Source: Felis catus
Taxonomy: Eukaryota
Reading direction: 5' to 3'
Length of the DNA stretch: 64,000 nucleotides
Assembly: GCF_018350175.1 (NCBI RefSeq)
Contig: NC_058375.1
Span: forward strand, 4,278,001-4,342,000
In this document: piece by piece, positions 29,930-41,284 of the stretch
How positions within the stretch are numbered: the stretch's first letter is position 1
Layout of the letters: every line of letters begins with the position of its first letter
Position numbers and translations under genes: made by a program
The notes under the pieces: generated by a model
The model's input: the letters and a program-made list of their open reading frames with translations, nothing else
What the model was told of the DNA's origin: nothing
Database searches by the model: none

Positions 29930-32900
29930 GTACTGTGCCCAGGGTGCTGGGAATGGGGAGGTAGGAGTTGGGGGTGGTGGTGGAGACACTGACACTTTTC
30001 TGGGATAGTCTGGACCCCAAGATAGAATCTTTGTTAGGTGGGGCTGGAATAGGTCTCCTCCAAACGTAGGAATCCGGCTCCATCCTGCAGCCTCCGGCTA
30101 ACCTTTCTGTGAGTCACAGCTGTCCAGGGTTGGCAGCTTCTTGGGGTTGGGTAGCTGGCTTCAGGGTTACAGGTGTTTCCCCAGGGTAGTGAAGTCCAGC
30201 CAAACTTCCAGTTCACCACAGAGTCACTGCCCTCCAAATCCAAGATTCCGAGGAGGCCTGCCCTAGGACCTTGATGGGAACAGTCACCGATAAAGGGAGT
30301 CATCTTGGGATGGAACTGGAATGAGCCGACTGCCCTGTAGATCTGCCCCCAGAACTCCTAATGGTTCATTTGGTGACCTCGCCTCCTGCTGCCTTTTCTG
30401 CTCTAGTGGGAAGTGGTGGTTCAAGTTGAGGACGACGGGGATGGTGATTATGTTTCTGAGAGTGAGGCCTTGCCAACCAGGAGGAAATCAAACATGATCA
30501 GAAAGCCCTGTGCTGCAGAGCCAGCCCTGAGCACAGGTTCCCTGGCAGCCGAGCCGGCTGAGAGCAGAAAAGGTACAGCGGTGCCGGTTGAATGCCCCAC
30601 ATGTCATAAAAAGTTCCTCAGCAAATATTATCTAAAAGTCCACAACAGGTAAACGTTCTGTTTTTCTATTTTTTTTTTTTCTGTCTGCTATTCCCTTGTT
30701 GGGGGAGGGGGCCTGCACTCCCTGCTTCTGGGCCACGTGGGGGCTGAGGGCTTTGTCTCACACTCGTAGTGCCCGATGTTGACATGCCTCTCATCATCAG
30801 GGAGTGAGAATCTAGTGGTGGAACAGATTCTTTCTTCGTCTCTCTCTTACTCTGAACTTCTGGAGTGGGTCTGTAGACACCTTGTCAATAAGTTCCACCC
30901 ACTGTGGACCTTGACCGCTAGCTGCCTTTTGCCAAGGGGATGAGAGAAACCCATGGCTCTGTGCTGTGGCTGAGGCGCCACCTTAGGTATTTCTAAAGCC
31001 CAGCAAGGTGGGCTTTGGGCCAAGGTGTCAGTCTTTAGGGTCGGTGCCTCCTGTGATTCTGGGGGAAACGTTAGCCCCATGGTGTCAGTGGAGCCTAAAG
31101 GACTATTTGTTTAAAACCGCATTGTCCGAAAAGGTAACCAGGTGCCGTATGAAGCTACGTTAACTTAAAATAAAAGTACAGTTGGCTTTTCAGATTAGTA
31201 GTCACGTTGTAAGTGCTCGGTAGTCACCCGTGGGCCCCGGCAGCTGACTCGGCACAGACAGGACACTTCCCCGGTTACAGAGAGTTCTCTTAACAGTGCC
31301 GCTCCAGGTCTCTGCAAGGCCTCCAGGGGTGGCAGCCAGGTGACATGCCTTCCAGTCCTGCCACTTCATAGTCCAAGATGTCACCAGTCTGATTTCTCGC
31401 CGGGCCAGGTTGGGCCACACACGTGTTCTCAGTGCGACGCTCTGGGAAGCTAGTAGTGATGGGAGCTGGGGGATGCCTGTTTGCTCGCCTTGCTGTGAGG
31501 CACCTGCGGCCAGTGGGGTCCAGGGAAGACCCGTGTGGGAGGCACCCTGGAGTGACCCACGTCAGCCTGGATGCTCCCCCAGCAGAAGACTCCGGTGCAG
31601 GCCGCTGGACTGGCCTTGAGAACTGCGAGGGGATAGTGCCCTCGTGAGGTCATTGGGATGGGGACAAGGACAGTTAATTGAGTGGCGGAGGATGGCCTCT
31701 GCGAAGTCGTAAGAGCTCTTCCGGTCTTCTGCTGGGTGGCTGACAAGACTGTTCTGGGCGCTTGGTGTACCTTAGCGGATAGAGCAGGGGCCTCGTGGGG
31801 CCTTCCTCTCAGCGGGGCAGAGCAGACTGGAACTGACAGCGACTTGACAGGGTGGGAAGGTGGGAAGTGCCACGGAAGAAAGGAGGAGAGTCCCAGCTAG
31901 GGGTGGGGTGGGGTTGCAGTTTTAAAGGAAGGAATTTTGAGCAGACTCCAAGGAGATGAGGACTTCTACCAAGCAGGGCGGAGGGGAGGGGGTTTTGGGT
32001 CCAGGAGAGCCAGAGCAGAGAGCTTGGGGTGAGCCAGGGGCCGGTGAGCGTCAAGGAGACCAGACCTGGGGAGCGAAGCCCCGCGGTCAGGGGCAGGCCG
32101 GCTAGGCCCCCGGCCTTCTCGGTGAAACAGGCACCATCGCGGGGTTGGGAGCAAAGAGGCGATGAGGTCTGACTATATCTGAGGGCGCCTCTGGCCGCTG
32201 AATTTCACGTCTGTCGGGAGGCAGGCTTGGCGGGAACCCAGGGGTGGCATGGCTGCGCTCGGTGACAGCAGTGGAGGTGAGGTGAAGTGCTCAGATTCTG
32301 GCTACGGTTTTGAAGGTAAAGCCCGCAGAACTTCCAGGCAGACCGGGTGCTTTCTCTAGGAAGTCAGGACCCAGGGATCATTTCTGTCTTTGCAGAGATG
32401 CTAGCCAGCTGGGCCTGTGTGGCCCTGCGGTGGCCCCGCTGTAGGGAGCTGTGAGGGCTCCCACAAGAGGAGGGTTTCTGGGTTGCCCCGTGCAGGTGCA
32501 TCGGCCAGGCCTGAACAAGCCTCGTGGTGAGCCGTGGCTGGCCTCAGGACCGCTCTTGCGCTGCACTGTGCAGCACGGCGCTGTCGGTGGGGGAGCCAGA
32601 GGGACACCGGGTGAGGGGGAGGCGGGCAGTTACTCAGTCTCCCGCGCCCGCCGTGGCTTTTCCTGGCAGGAAACACACTGGGGAGAAACCCTTTGAATGT
32701 CCCAAGTGTGGAAAGTGCTACTTTCGGAAGGAGAACCTCCTGGAGCACGAAGCCCGGAACTGCATGAACCGCTCGGAACAGGTACTTGTGGGCACTGGCC
32801 CAGGACTCTGTGGGCAGGGGACGCTGGCCTTCGTCTTCCTGCCATCTGAGAGGGGCCCTCAGGAAGCCGTCTTAGGACTGTAAACTCAAGAGAGCTGGAG

Positions 32901-35900
32901 TGTCCGCTCCAGCGGATGCCATCGAGTCCGCTTCCTGGTATTACAGGTGGGGACACTGGTCCCGAGGGCGGAAGGGACCGGCCCCAGAGGGACTTTTTGG
33001 AAAGCATTTTGAGTTTGCCTGCTTGGGTCCCTCGACTCTGGAGAAGGGGCGCCTTGGTGGGGACGGGCTGCTGCCCCCACCCTGCTGGCCGGCCCACGTG
33101 ACGTGGCCGGCTGAACCCCACCCTCTCCTCCTGGAGGCCTGTCGCCAGTGTGGGGTCTGTGGGTGAGGTCTCCCGGCTCCTGCCCCCAGCCTGTGTGGTG
33201 GGTTTGCAGTGCTCAGCCACGGTCAGGGTCAGGGCAGGCAGGTCACGTGTTGCCCTCTCCCACCCTAGCGATCCCCCCCTCGGGCAGACTCTTCCCAGCA
33301 GCGAGTGGAAGCCCGGGCAGAGGCTGCCGTCGCAGGCAGAGGCCCCCCCCTGATGCCGGCCCTGCTTGCCCCTCACACTGCCAGGTCTTCACGTGCTCCG
33401 TGTGCCAGGAGACCTTCCGCCGGAGGATGGAGCTGCGGGTGCACATGGTGTCCCACACGGGGGAGATGCCCTACAAGGTCAGGCTCGGCCTGCCCCCGGG
33501 GCCGTGGGTGGAGGGGCAGCCCCTAGATCCCTCTTGCCAAGCCCTGTACGTGGGGTGATGTTAGGCACCTCCCTCTCGCCAGCTGTCAAGACGCCCAGCC
33601 TTCTGGACCCATCCAGCGTCCCCTCCCTTCAGGCAGTGCCCCTGGCCCTCTCTGGGTCCTTTTTCTTTCTGTGGAGGGTAGGCTCGGAATCTCTGTGGGC
33701 ACGGCACGGGGGGTGGGGGGTCCTCTCTGGAGCGTCCTTCACACCAAGGAGCCTCCTATCATCTCGGGCTGGGCCCTGCCTGTGGGTTGCTGCCCCGATA
33801 GCCTAGGGGTGGCCAGGATCCCATTGGTGTGGGTGGCCTCCGAGGTGACCTCGGGCCTGTTTTCCAGTGCTCCTCCTGCTCCCAGCAGTTCATGCAGAAG
33901 AAGGACTTGCAGAGCCACCTGATCAAACTCCACGGAGCCCCCAAGCCCCACGCCGTAAGTGCCAGGCTGTGCTGAGAACTGGGAGCTGGCCGTAGAGAGG
34001 TGGCCACAGCCGCGTCAGACCCGGCAGGCTGTGTGGTTCCTGTCGTGCGGGGGGCCAGGGAACCCCTCCCCGTTCTCAGCCTGGTCTCACTCCCTCTGCC
34101 CCACAGTGTCCCACCTGTGCCAAGTGCTTCCTGTCCCGAACAGAACTGCAGCTGCACGAGGCCTTCAAGCACCGAGGGGAGAAACTGTTCGTGTGTGAGG
34201 AGTGTGGGCACAGGGCCTCAAGCCGAAACGGCCTGCAGATGCACATCAAGGCCAAGCACAGGTGCGTGCTGGCCGGGCTTCACCGGGGCCTGGTCCTACT
34301 GCCAGCCTGGAGGGTCCGGAAGGCAGCTAGGTGATGCTCGCGTGGGACAGAGCGTTCTCCATCCCAAGTCCGGTGCCTGTAGCCTCTTTGGTGGGGGCGC
34401 CTGAGGGGGGAGTAGGCTTGCCGGGCAGAAAGGCTGAGGGAGAGGATCTCAGGGTAACATGATGGCAGATTCTTAGTTTTGTGGTTCCCGGGATGGCGCC
34501 GGTGCCCCTCCTGTCACTGCCCGAGCCCTTGTGCCGCACGGCTGGTCTCGGCCTGCGCCCGGTCCCACGGCTCAGGCGGGTTTGCCTCGGCCTGGCCGGT
34601 TTCCCTGGCTCCGGGGCCAGCCGTGCTCCCAGCTGTCGCGGGGTGAAGGGGGCTGCTTTCTGTGGTGATGTTCCTGCCCCGCTCCCTGCCCCGGACAGGA
34701 ATGAGAGGCCATACGTGTGTGAGTTCTGCAGCCACGCCTTCACCCAGAAAGCTAATCTCAACATGCACCTGCGTACGCACACAGGCGAGAAGCCCTTCCA
34801 GTGCCACCTCTGCGGCAAGACCTTCCGCACCCAAGGTGAGGCAGGCCTGTCCTCTCCCCGTCCCAGGCCGCGGCGCAGCGGCTGAGCCCCCGCCTTGTCC
34901 CCACAGCCAGCCTGGACAAGCACAACCGTACTCACACTGGCGAGAGGCCCTTCGGCTGTGAGTTCTGCGAGCAGCGCTTCACCGAGAAGGGGCCCCTGCT
35001 GAGGCACGTGGCCAGCCGCCACCAGGAAGGCCGGCCCCACTTCTGCCAGATCTGTGGGAAGACCTTCAAAGGTACCTGGGCCTGCGGGAGGCCCCTGGCG
35101 CTCACCCTTCCCCAGGCACGCCCTGCGTGGGGTGGAGAGTGGGCCATATCCCGCTGACCGGGGCCAGAGAGCGTCCGTGGGGAGAGGTCAGGCGTGGCGG
35201 TGGCTGTCGCACGCTCCTTCTTGGTGCCAGTCTTCCTACCAGAGAATCTCTTCTCCCTGTGCGTTAAAGACTGGAGCTTGGAGCTGCAGTGACAGGGCAG
35301 GGCGGGAGCCCTGGAGGGTCTCGTGCAGTGGCACCCTCAGGGTGGCATTGGAGCCTGGCAGGGCCCTCGGAGCAGCTGCAGACCCCGGACCGCCCTCATC
35401 TGGGCACCGTGGTGCCCACTTCCTGCCTCCCCTCAACACCGGGGTCCCCTCCCTCCCACAGCCGTGGAGCAGCTGCGCGTGCACGTCCGAAGGCACAAGG
35501 GCGTCAGGAAGTTCGAATGCACCGAGTGCGGCTACAAGTTCACCCGGCAGGTAGGCCTGGGGCCGGCCGGGGTCCCTCCTCCTGCCCCCCACCCCGGACC
35601 CCTCCCTGCCCAGCCCTGAGTCCCCTCGCCCCCCAGGCCCACCTCCGGAGGCACATGGAGATCCACGACCGGGTGGAGAACTATAACCCGCGGCAGCGCA
35701 AACTCCGGAACCTGGTCATTGAGGACGAGAAGATGGTGGTGGTGGCACTTCAGCCACCCACCGAGCTGGAGGTGGGCTCGGCCGAGGTCATCGTGGCATC
35801 CCTAGCGCAGGGCGGCCTGACCTCCCAGCTGCCCAGCCAGAGACTCTGTGCGGAGGAGAGCCTGGTGAGCTCAGGGGTCATGGAGCCCTCGCTCATCATC

Positions 35901-35933
35901 ACGGCAGCCATCCCTGAGGACTGTGACACGTAG
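29240..35933 (+). CDS. ZBTB48: Zinc finger and BTB domain-containing protein 48 (TZAP/HKR3, telomeric zinc-finger protein); 10 coding exons, 688 aa
   Basis: join(29240..29929,30407..30648,32670..32781,33385..33477,33868..33954,34107..34261,34699..34835,34907..35071,35462..35550,35637..35933) = 2067 nt. N-terminal BTB, C2H2 array, last finger [21 protein letters not shown] plus [16 protein letters not shown] arm. Confidence 0.96.
30407..30648 (+). CDS. ZBTB48: ZBTB48 coding exon 2
   Basis: ctctag|[10 protein letters not shown]...[19 protein letters not shown]|gtaaac. Confidence 0.94.
31110..31300. mobile_element. MER3-like hAT-Charlie DNA transposon relic
   Basis: tagtcacgttgtaagtgctcggtagtcacccgtg...cagagagttctcttaacagtgc. 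Confidence 0.5.
31640..32400 (-). mobile_element. LINE2 fragment
   Basis: gcagtggaggtgaggtgaagtgctcagattctggctacggttttgaaggtaaagcc is typical antisense L2. Confidence 0.6.
32670..32781 (+). CDS. ZBTB48: ZBTB48 coding exon 3
   Basis: tggcag|[16 protein letters not shown]...NRSEQ|gtactt. Confidence 0.94.
33385..33477 (+). CDS. ZBTB48: ZBTB48 coding exon 4
   Basis: tgccag|[11 protein letters not shown]...HTGEMPYK|gtcagg. Confidence 0.93.
33868..33954 (+). CDS. ZBTB48: ZBTB48 coding exon 5
   Basis: ttccag|[29 protein letters not shown]|gtaagt. Confidence 0.93.
34107..34261 (+). CDS. ZBTB48: ZBTB48 coding exon 6
   Basis: ccacag|[22 protein letters not shown]...HIKAKH|gtgcgt. Confidence 0.93.
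34699..34835 (+). CDS. ZBTB48: ZBTB48 coding exon 7
   Basis: ggacag|[14 protein letters not shown]...GKTFRTQ|gtgagg. Confidence 0.93.
34907..35071 (+). CDS. ZBTB48: ZBTB48 coding exon 8
   Basis: ccacag|[15 protein letters not shown]...CQICGKTFK|gtacct; preceded by a 71-nt intron. Confidence 0.93.
35462..35550 (+). CDS. ZBTB48: ZBTB48 coding exon 9
   Basis: ccacag|[29 protein letters not shown]|gtaggc. Confidence 0.93.
35637..35933 (+). CDS. ZBTB48: ZBTB48 last exon
   Basis: ccccag|[23 protein letters not shown]...PEDCDT-TAG. Confidence 0.94.
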   Translation, partial: AHLRRHMEIHDRVENYNPRQRKLRNLVIEDEKMVVVALQPPTELEVGSAEVIVASLAQGGLTSQLPSQRLCAEESLVSSGVMEPSLIITAAIPEDCDT

Positions 35934-35970
35934 CACCCCTGCCACCACAGCCCACTTGGCCCCAGCCCCC

Positions 35971-35976
35971 AATAAA
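35971..35976 (+). terminator. ZBTB48 polyadenylation signal
   Basis: AATAAA 37 nt after the stop, followed by GT/T-rich sequence. Confidence 0.75.
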
Positions 35977-37922
35977 TCACACGGTTTGGGACTCCATCGT
36001 TTCAGCCTATCTGGCGGTCTGTTCCCCAGTAACCTGGTGTCCGGGGTGTGCTGCTTTCCCGTCGAATCTTCTAGGAGAAACGGTGCCTCACCCGGCCATC
36101 TCTGCGCCTCAGGGTGCTGCTCGGCCAGCCGCTTCCCCACCTTGTTGGGAGACCTCAGCAGAGGCAGACTCTGGGCGGGTGTCTTTAGGGGCCAGGCCCT
36201 GGCCCGGGTGCTCTTGTCTCACTGTCAGGGTTCTAGGACTGGGAGCCATGGCGTTGCTGTTTCACAGCTGTGGTGCTGCCAGCTAGTGGGGGTGGGATTC
36301 AGGGCCCCCGACGATGACCTCGCCCCGCCAGCCTGCTGCGGATCCCAGCGGGGAGCCTGAGGTAGGGCTCGTGGTCAGCAGGCTCTGGAGCCTGGCTGGC
36401 AGATGACGGCCGACAGGATCCTTCCCTCGGGAGGGTCCTCGCTTGCTTTGCCGGTGCAGGTGGCCTGGAGTGCCGGCAAGGCCAAGTTTAGAATGACAAG
36501 AGGCCTTGCCGGTCCCCAGGTTCTGCAGGGACGGCAGGGCCGGGTGCGCATCCTGCAGGAAAAGCGTGTGGGTGCCGGCGCCCACGTTCCCCCTCAGCTT
36601 CTTCACTGACAGCCCTGTTGCCCGAGGCAGGCGACTCCTTCATGTCCTCCCCTTCAACGGAATTAGTAATAGCACCCGCTTTGTAGACAAGGATTCAGTG
36701 AGAGGGCCCGCGGTTACCTCCCGCCAGATGGCGAGCCGCCCCAGGATTTCCCTGGAGGCTGGCGAGGGCGCGGTTGGGGGGAGGGAGGGTGTCTGTGCCT
36801 GGGAAGGCGGTGCTGGCTGTGGGCCTGGGTCCCTCTCCACGGGCCGCCCAGGCTTCCTCACAGCACGGTGGCTGTGTGCCAAGGACCCATGTTCCAGCCA
36901 GAGCTGTGAGGCCTTATGACCTAGCCCTCCAGTCACAGTGTCCCCTTTGCCACGTGGTGCTGGTCCAGGCAGACACCGGAACCTCACTGCCCAGGTTCAA
37001 GGGCAGGGATATAGGCCCCACCCGCTGATGGGTGTCCAGCTCTGCACACACATTCTACAACCGCCTGACACACAGCAGAGGGGCTCTGCTTAGTGCCCGG
37101 CACAGAGCGAACTCTGAATTGGGGCAGTGACAGTCACGAGCAAGTGCTCAAGTCGGGCACCACCTAAATCTTATCACTGGAAGACTCCTGAAACACGAGC
37201 TCCACACTGCCCAATTCCTCCTGGAGTCTGAGGAAGGAAACGATCTGTTTTACACCCAGAACCCATCTAACCGTCTTTCCTCGTATTCCTCGACCACTGG
37301 GGTGCTTAGAGGCAAGGCCCATATTCAGGCACAACAGCCGATGCCCAGACTACGAACTGCCTCAGCTCTATTTCAGTGAGGTTATTAAAAAATAAACTAT
37401 GGCCTCAAAATGCTCCCTGCCCCACAAAGAAACCGGCCTATGCCTTGGGTTATACGCGAGGAACCTTTCTGAACTTCATGGCCTCTTCCAGGATCCTCCT
37501 TTAAGGGCCCACTCCCCGCCCCAGGTCCGAGGTTTACCCCCTGCAGATGGGGGTCTCCTCACCACCGGAGAGCCCACCTTCAGGAGGTGGGGAGAGCGAG
37601 GCAGGGGACCAGGTGAAGGGGTGGAGGCAGGGAGGCCAAATTGGCCGTGGGGCAGCACGTGGGGCCAGGACTCCCGTGCTCCTCATGCCCTGGGCTCAGC
37701 CTCCGCTTCCCACTACTTGCCACCTTGTAACGATCGGAGACAAGAAAGGGCCTCGGAAGCTTTGCTCCAAGACCGTTCGCACAAGCCCTGGGCGCCCCGG
37801 TCTGTCCTCTTCCTCTGTGGGCACGGGGGCAGCCCTCCGCTGCCCCGCCTCGCCTCTGCCTGAAGTCTCCAAGACAGCAGCGGCAGGATGAAGACCAGGA
37901 CACCAAGTGTATAGGAAATAGT

Positions 37923-37928
37923 TTTATT
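37923..37928 (-). terminator. KLHL21 polyadenylation signal (3'UTR about 3.1 kb)
   Basis: TTTATT on + strand (AATAAA on -) at the end of an AT-rich 3'UTR terminal block. Confidence 0.7.
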
Positions 37929-40900
37929 TCAAAAAGTATACATCAAAGGCATCCTAAAATCTCTCAACAGGATTCTGGACGCCTAGGCCTATAGGACAAA
38001 TAAATAGGCAAATCTGCCCCACCGTCTGGGGTTGGAACTAGATAGCTGGGACACTGAAAGGGGCGTGTCCTTTAGTACATAAGAGTCTCTGAAGTCATAT
38101 AAATATAGAATACTTTATAGCAAATCAGCATTAAATATGAGTCACTGAATTTTCATAACTTAAACTGTCTCGTAGACTAAAAAGTTCCGTATATCCAAAC
38201 ACAGTCCCACCTCCAGCTGGCCCATCTCTGACCCTGGTCAGTGTATAGACATTCCTAAGGTGGGGGCGGGGGGGGGTGTCCCCAGGCGAGAGCCCCCGCC
38301 GGGGGAAGCGGGGAGGGCTGGGCAGGGCAGCAGGCGCTGCCGAAGGGCCGTCCCTGACCGTGGACCCCCGGCTGCGGTCTGCAGGAACCCGCTGCTGCTG
38401 AGGCTGCTGCTTCCCCTTCCCCGCCCTGGTGCTCCCGACAGAGGATGGGGCCCGGGTGGAGGAGACCCGCGTAGTTCTAGAGAGCGAGCGTGGAGGAGGA
38501 CGTCACGGGTGCACACTGAACCAGCTAACCAACAGCTGCCAGTGGTGTGCCAGCTGGTCACGGTGAAGAACCAAGGGCAGGAACCCAGGACTCAGGGGCC
38601 CCTGCCACAAGGGAGCATCTGCAAGGGAAGGCCAGGTGAAGGCCAGAGCGGTCGCTAGCCCTCAGCACGGACCAGGCCCGCTGTACGGTCCACAGAGGCT
38701 GGTTTTGTCAGAAAAACGTGTTTGCAGCGCCCCGTCCCGACAAAAAAGCGTTACACGATACCTCTCCCTGGAAGTCGCTGACCACGGGAAGTCCTTGACC
38801 CTGACAGAGCCCAGCCCCACTGGAGGGAGGTGGGGAGAGCTCCAGCAGCCTTGGCACCTCCTCACCCCACCTTCTCCGGCTGCCAAAGGGACCCTCCACG
38901 GAGGCGGCCCTCAGGAAGGGCGCCAAAGCCTTCCCCACGAGATCAAGGCCTGCACTCTTGCTCTGGGGAGGGGTGGGGGGGTGGCTGCAGGTGACCTGTC
39001 AGCAGGCATCGTGACACCTATCTGCGTGGCCTGTCCCCGCACCGATCGGGCAGGTCGCAGCTGCTGGCGCAGAGCTCCGTGCCTGGTGCACATCAGGGCT
39101 CCCTTGGTCCTGTGCAGCGCTGCCCTGCCCTCCCCGCTGCCACTGACAGGAGACAAGCCACTGTGGCAGGACACCCTCTACCTACAGGGACCAAAGGGCA
39201 TGGAAAACCCCCGCGGAGTGAGCTTGCTGGGAAGGCACCAGAGCAGGAGGAGGCAGCACCAGCCCCGAGGAGGGGAGGTCAGACCATCGCTGGGGGACAG
39301 GGGCAGCAAGTCCCGATCGAGGGGGAACACGCACGCCAGGAGGGGCGAAGGTGGGACCTGGGGCATGAAGGAGTCCCCTGGGGCCCAAGGGATCCCACGG
39401 CCAGGCCCGCCTGGCGGGGGAGCCCCAGGCAGGACCACCACCCGGCCGGCTGTCTGGCAACGCCTGGCGCAGTGGGTGTGCGGGAGTGACCCAGTGAGTG
39501 ACAGTTGAGGGGATGGGAAGGGCTGGCTGTGGACCGGAGCTGCTCCTGCAACAGGTCTAACCAGACAGTGACGGCATATGACAGAGAAGGTGGGGGCCCC
39601 AGCCAACAGCTCTTTAGGCCTCAAGACTTCCTCCCCCAGAACAGCCCTTGCCATCTGGCCAAAGAAAGTGTTTAAAAAAGTGTTGTTTGTGAAGCGACAG
39701 CTAGAACTTTTCTTCTCCTGCTAAGAACACATCTCCAAGGCGGTTCACTGGGAAAGGCAACTCAACAAACATTTGCTTTCCAGCTTCTTTCTAGTGAGGG
39801 AAATGCAAGCATCCTCCTCTTTGGAAGAAAGACACATCCAGCCAAGGGATCCTTGGGGACCTTGAGGAGACCAGACCACTCACTCCCCAGAGAAAACAGG
39901 GAACCGGGGACCCCTGAGCCCCAGTTTCCTGGGAGCTCCTCCCGCCACCCTCCCGGGGATGCCCCAGGCTTGGGAGGAGCGTGGCTGTCCCCCTGCCCTG
40001 CAGAGACCTTCAGCAATGGCACCGTAAGAGACTCTTTTCTGGCTGCGTCCCTGGCCACCCTACCCTTCTTCTAAGGAAGGGCCAGACTGCATTTACCTTG
40101 CAGCCAATCACGGGGGCCACCCCGTCCAGGGCTTCCTTTGGAAGCAGCAGGATTCTTTGCTCCTAGGGGAGAGAAGGGCATCCGCAACCATCGGCCTGGC
40201 TGGGCTTCAATGAGAAACTCCTAGGGCCTCCCAGGGAGGAGCCACGACCTTGCACCTGCAGGCTTTTGCCCTCTCATGCATCCACCTGGGACGACGGTCC
40301 TGGAGGCCTCCAAGTCAGGTGGCAACACCAGCTGGTGGGGTAGGCGGATGGAGCACCCAGCATTTGCCTCAACCCAGGTTCACTGGAGACAGGATTTACT
40401 CAGCACGTCCCTTGGGGCCCACTTCAAGGCCACACTCCCGTCCAGTCACGCTGCCCTGCGCCTGCGAGGCACGTTTTGGTGGGACATCCCAGCAGGTGTG
40501 AGGAGCCAGGCAGGCAGACCGCCTCCATCCAGGGAGCTGGCCCCTGGGATGTCCAGCACCGGACGTGGAGTTGGGGACCCCACTGCAGCCATCGTCTGCC
40601 AGATTCCCGATGCTCCAGGCCAGCAGAGCCCGCAGGCCTAGGAAAGCAGGCCTGGACCACTCTCAGACTCTCGTGGGAGGACTTGTCCCCGACAAGAGGC
40701 CGTCCTCTCTGACATGGAAGCAAGTAGGCATAGGCAGAGGCAGCATGAGGGATCACCTGCTAGAGCCAGAGCCCGGTGCTGGCAGGGAGGCAGCTCCCAG
40801 CAGCTGTGAGTCCGGCTCTAAATGCACAGAGGCTCTCCTGGGGTCACATCCTGAGGCTCACTCGGCGACCCAAGAGCCTAACTCCACCTGGTGAACCCAA

Positions 40901-40990
40901 CCCGTCCTTGTGCACGAAGGAGGGGCCACTGCCCCGCCCCCAGACATGCTGTGTTACCTGCACCGAGGCCCTCCCCGGGCCAGGCCAGGG

Positions 40991-41284
40991 CTAGTGCAGC
41001 TCGTCAGGGTTCTGTGGCCGCCGGGGTCGGGCCACATCCATGTCACTGCTGCCACTGTCCAGCTCGAAGCCGCGCCCACCAGAGGGCATCTGGGGCATGA
41101 ACTGGCGGAAGATGCTGACGCTGCCGTGCCAGAAGGTGGGCTCCGGGAGCCGTCCCACTATGCTCCATGCCCGAGTCTCTGGGTCATAGGCCTCCACCAC
41201 GTCAGAGAGTTCAAATGTATTGTCGTAACCACCTGAGACGTAGAGCTTCCCTCCAAGGACGGCCAGGCTGCCCCCCACGTGCAC
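40991..41284 (-). CDS. KLHL21: KLHL21 exon 4 (last coding)
   Basis: ccgcag|[21 protein letters not shown]...NPDELH-TAG. Confidence 0.95.
   Translation of the reverse strand: MHVGGSLAVLGGKLYVSGGYDNTFELSDVVEAYDPETRAWSIVGRLPEPTFWHGSVSIFRQFMPQMPSGGRGFELDSGSSDMDVARPRRPQNPDELH

Noticed and set aside
38636-39508. 290-aa + strand ORF
   Set aside because: Antisense to the GC-rich KLHL21 3'UTR, non-ATG start, no family resemblance.
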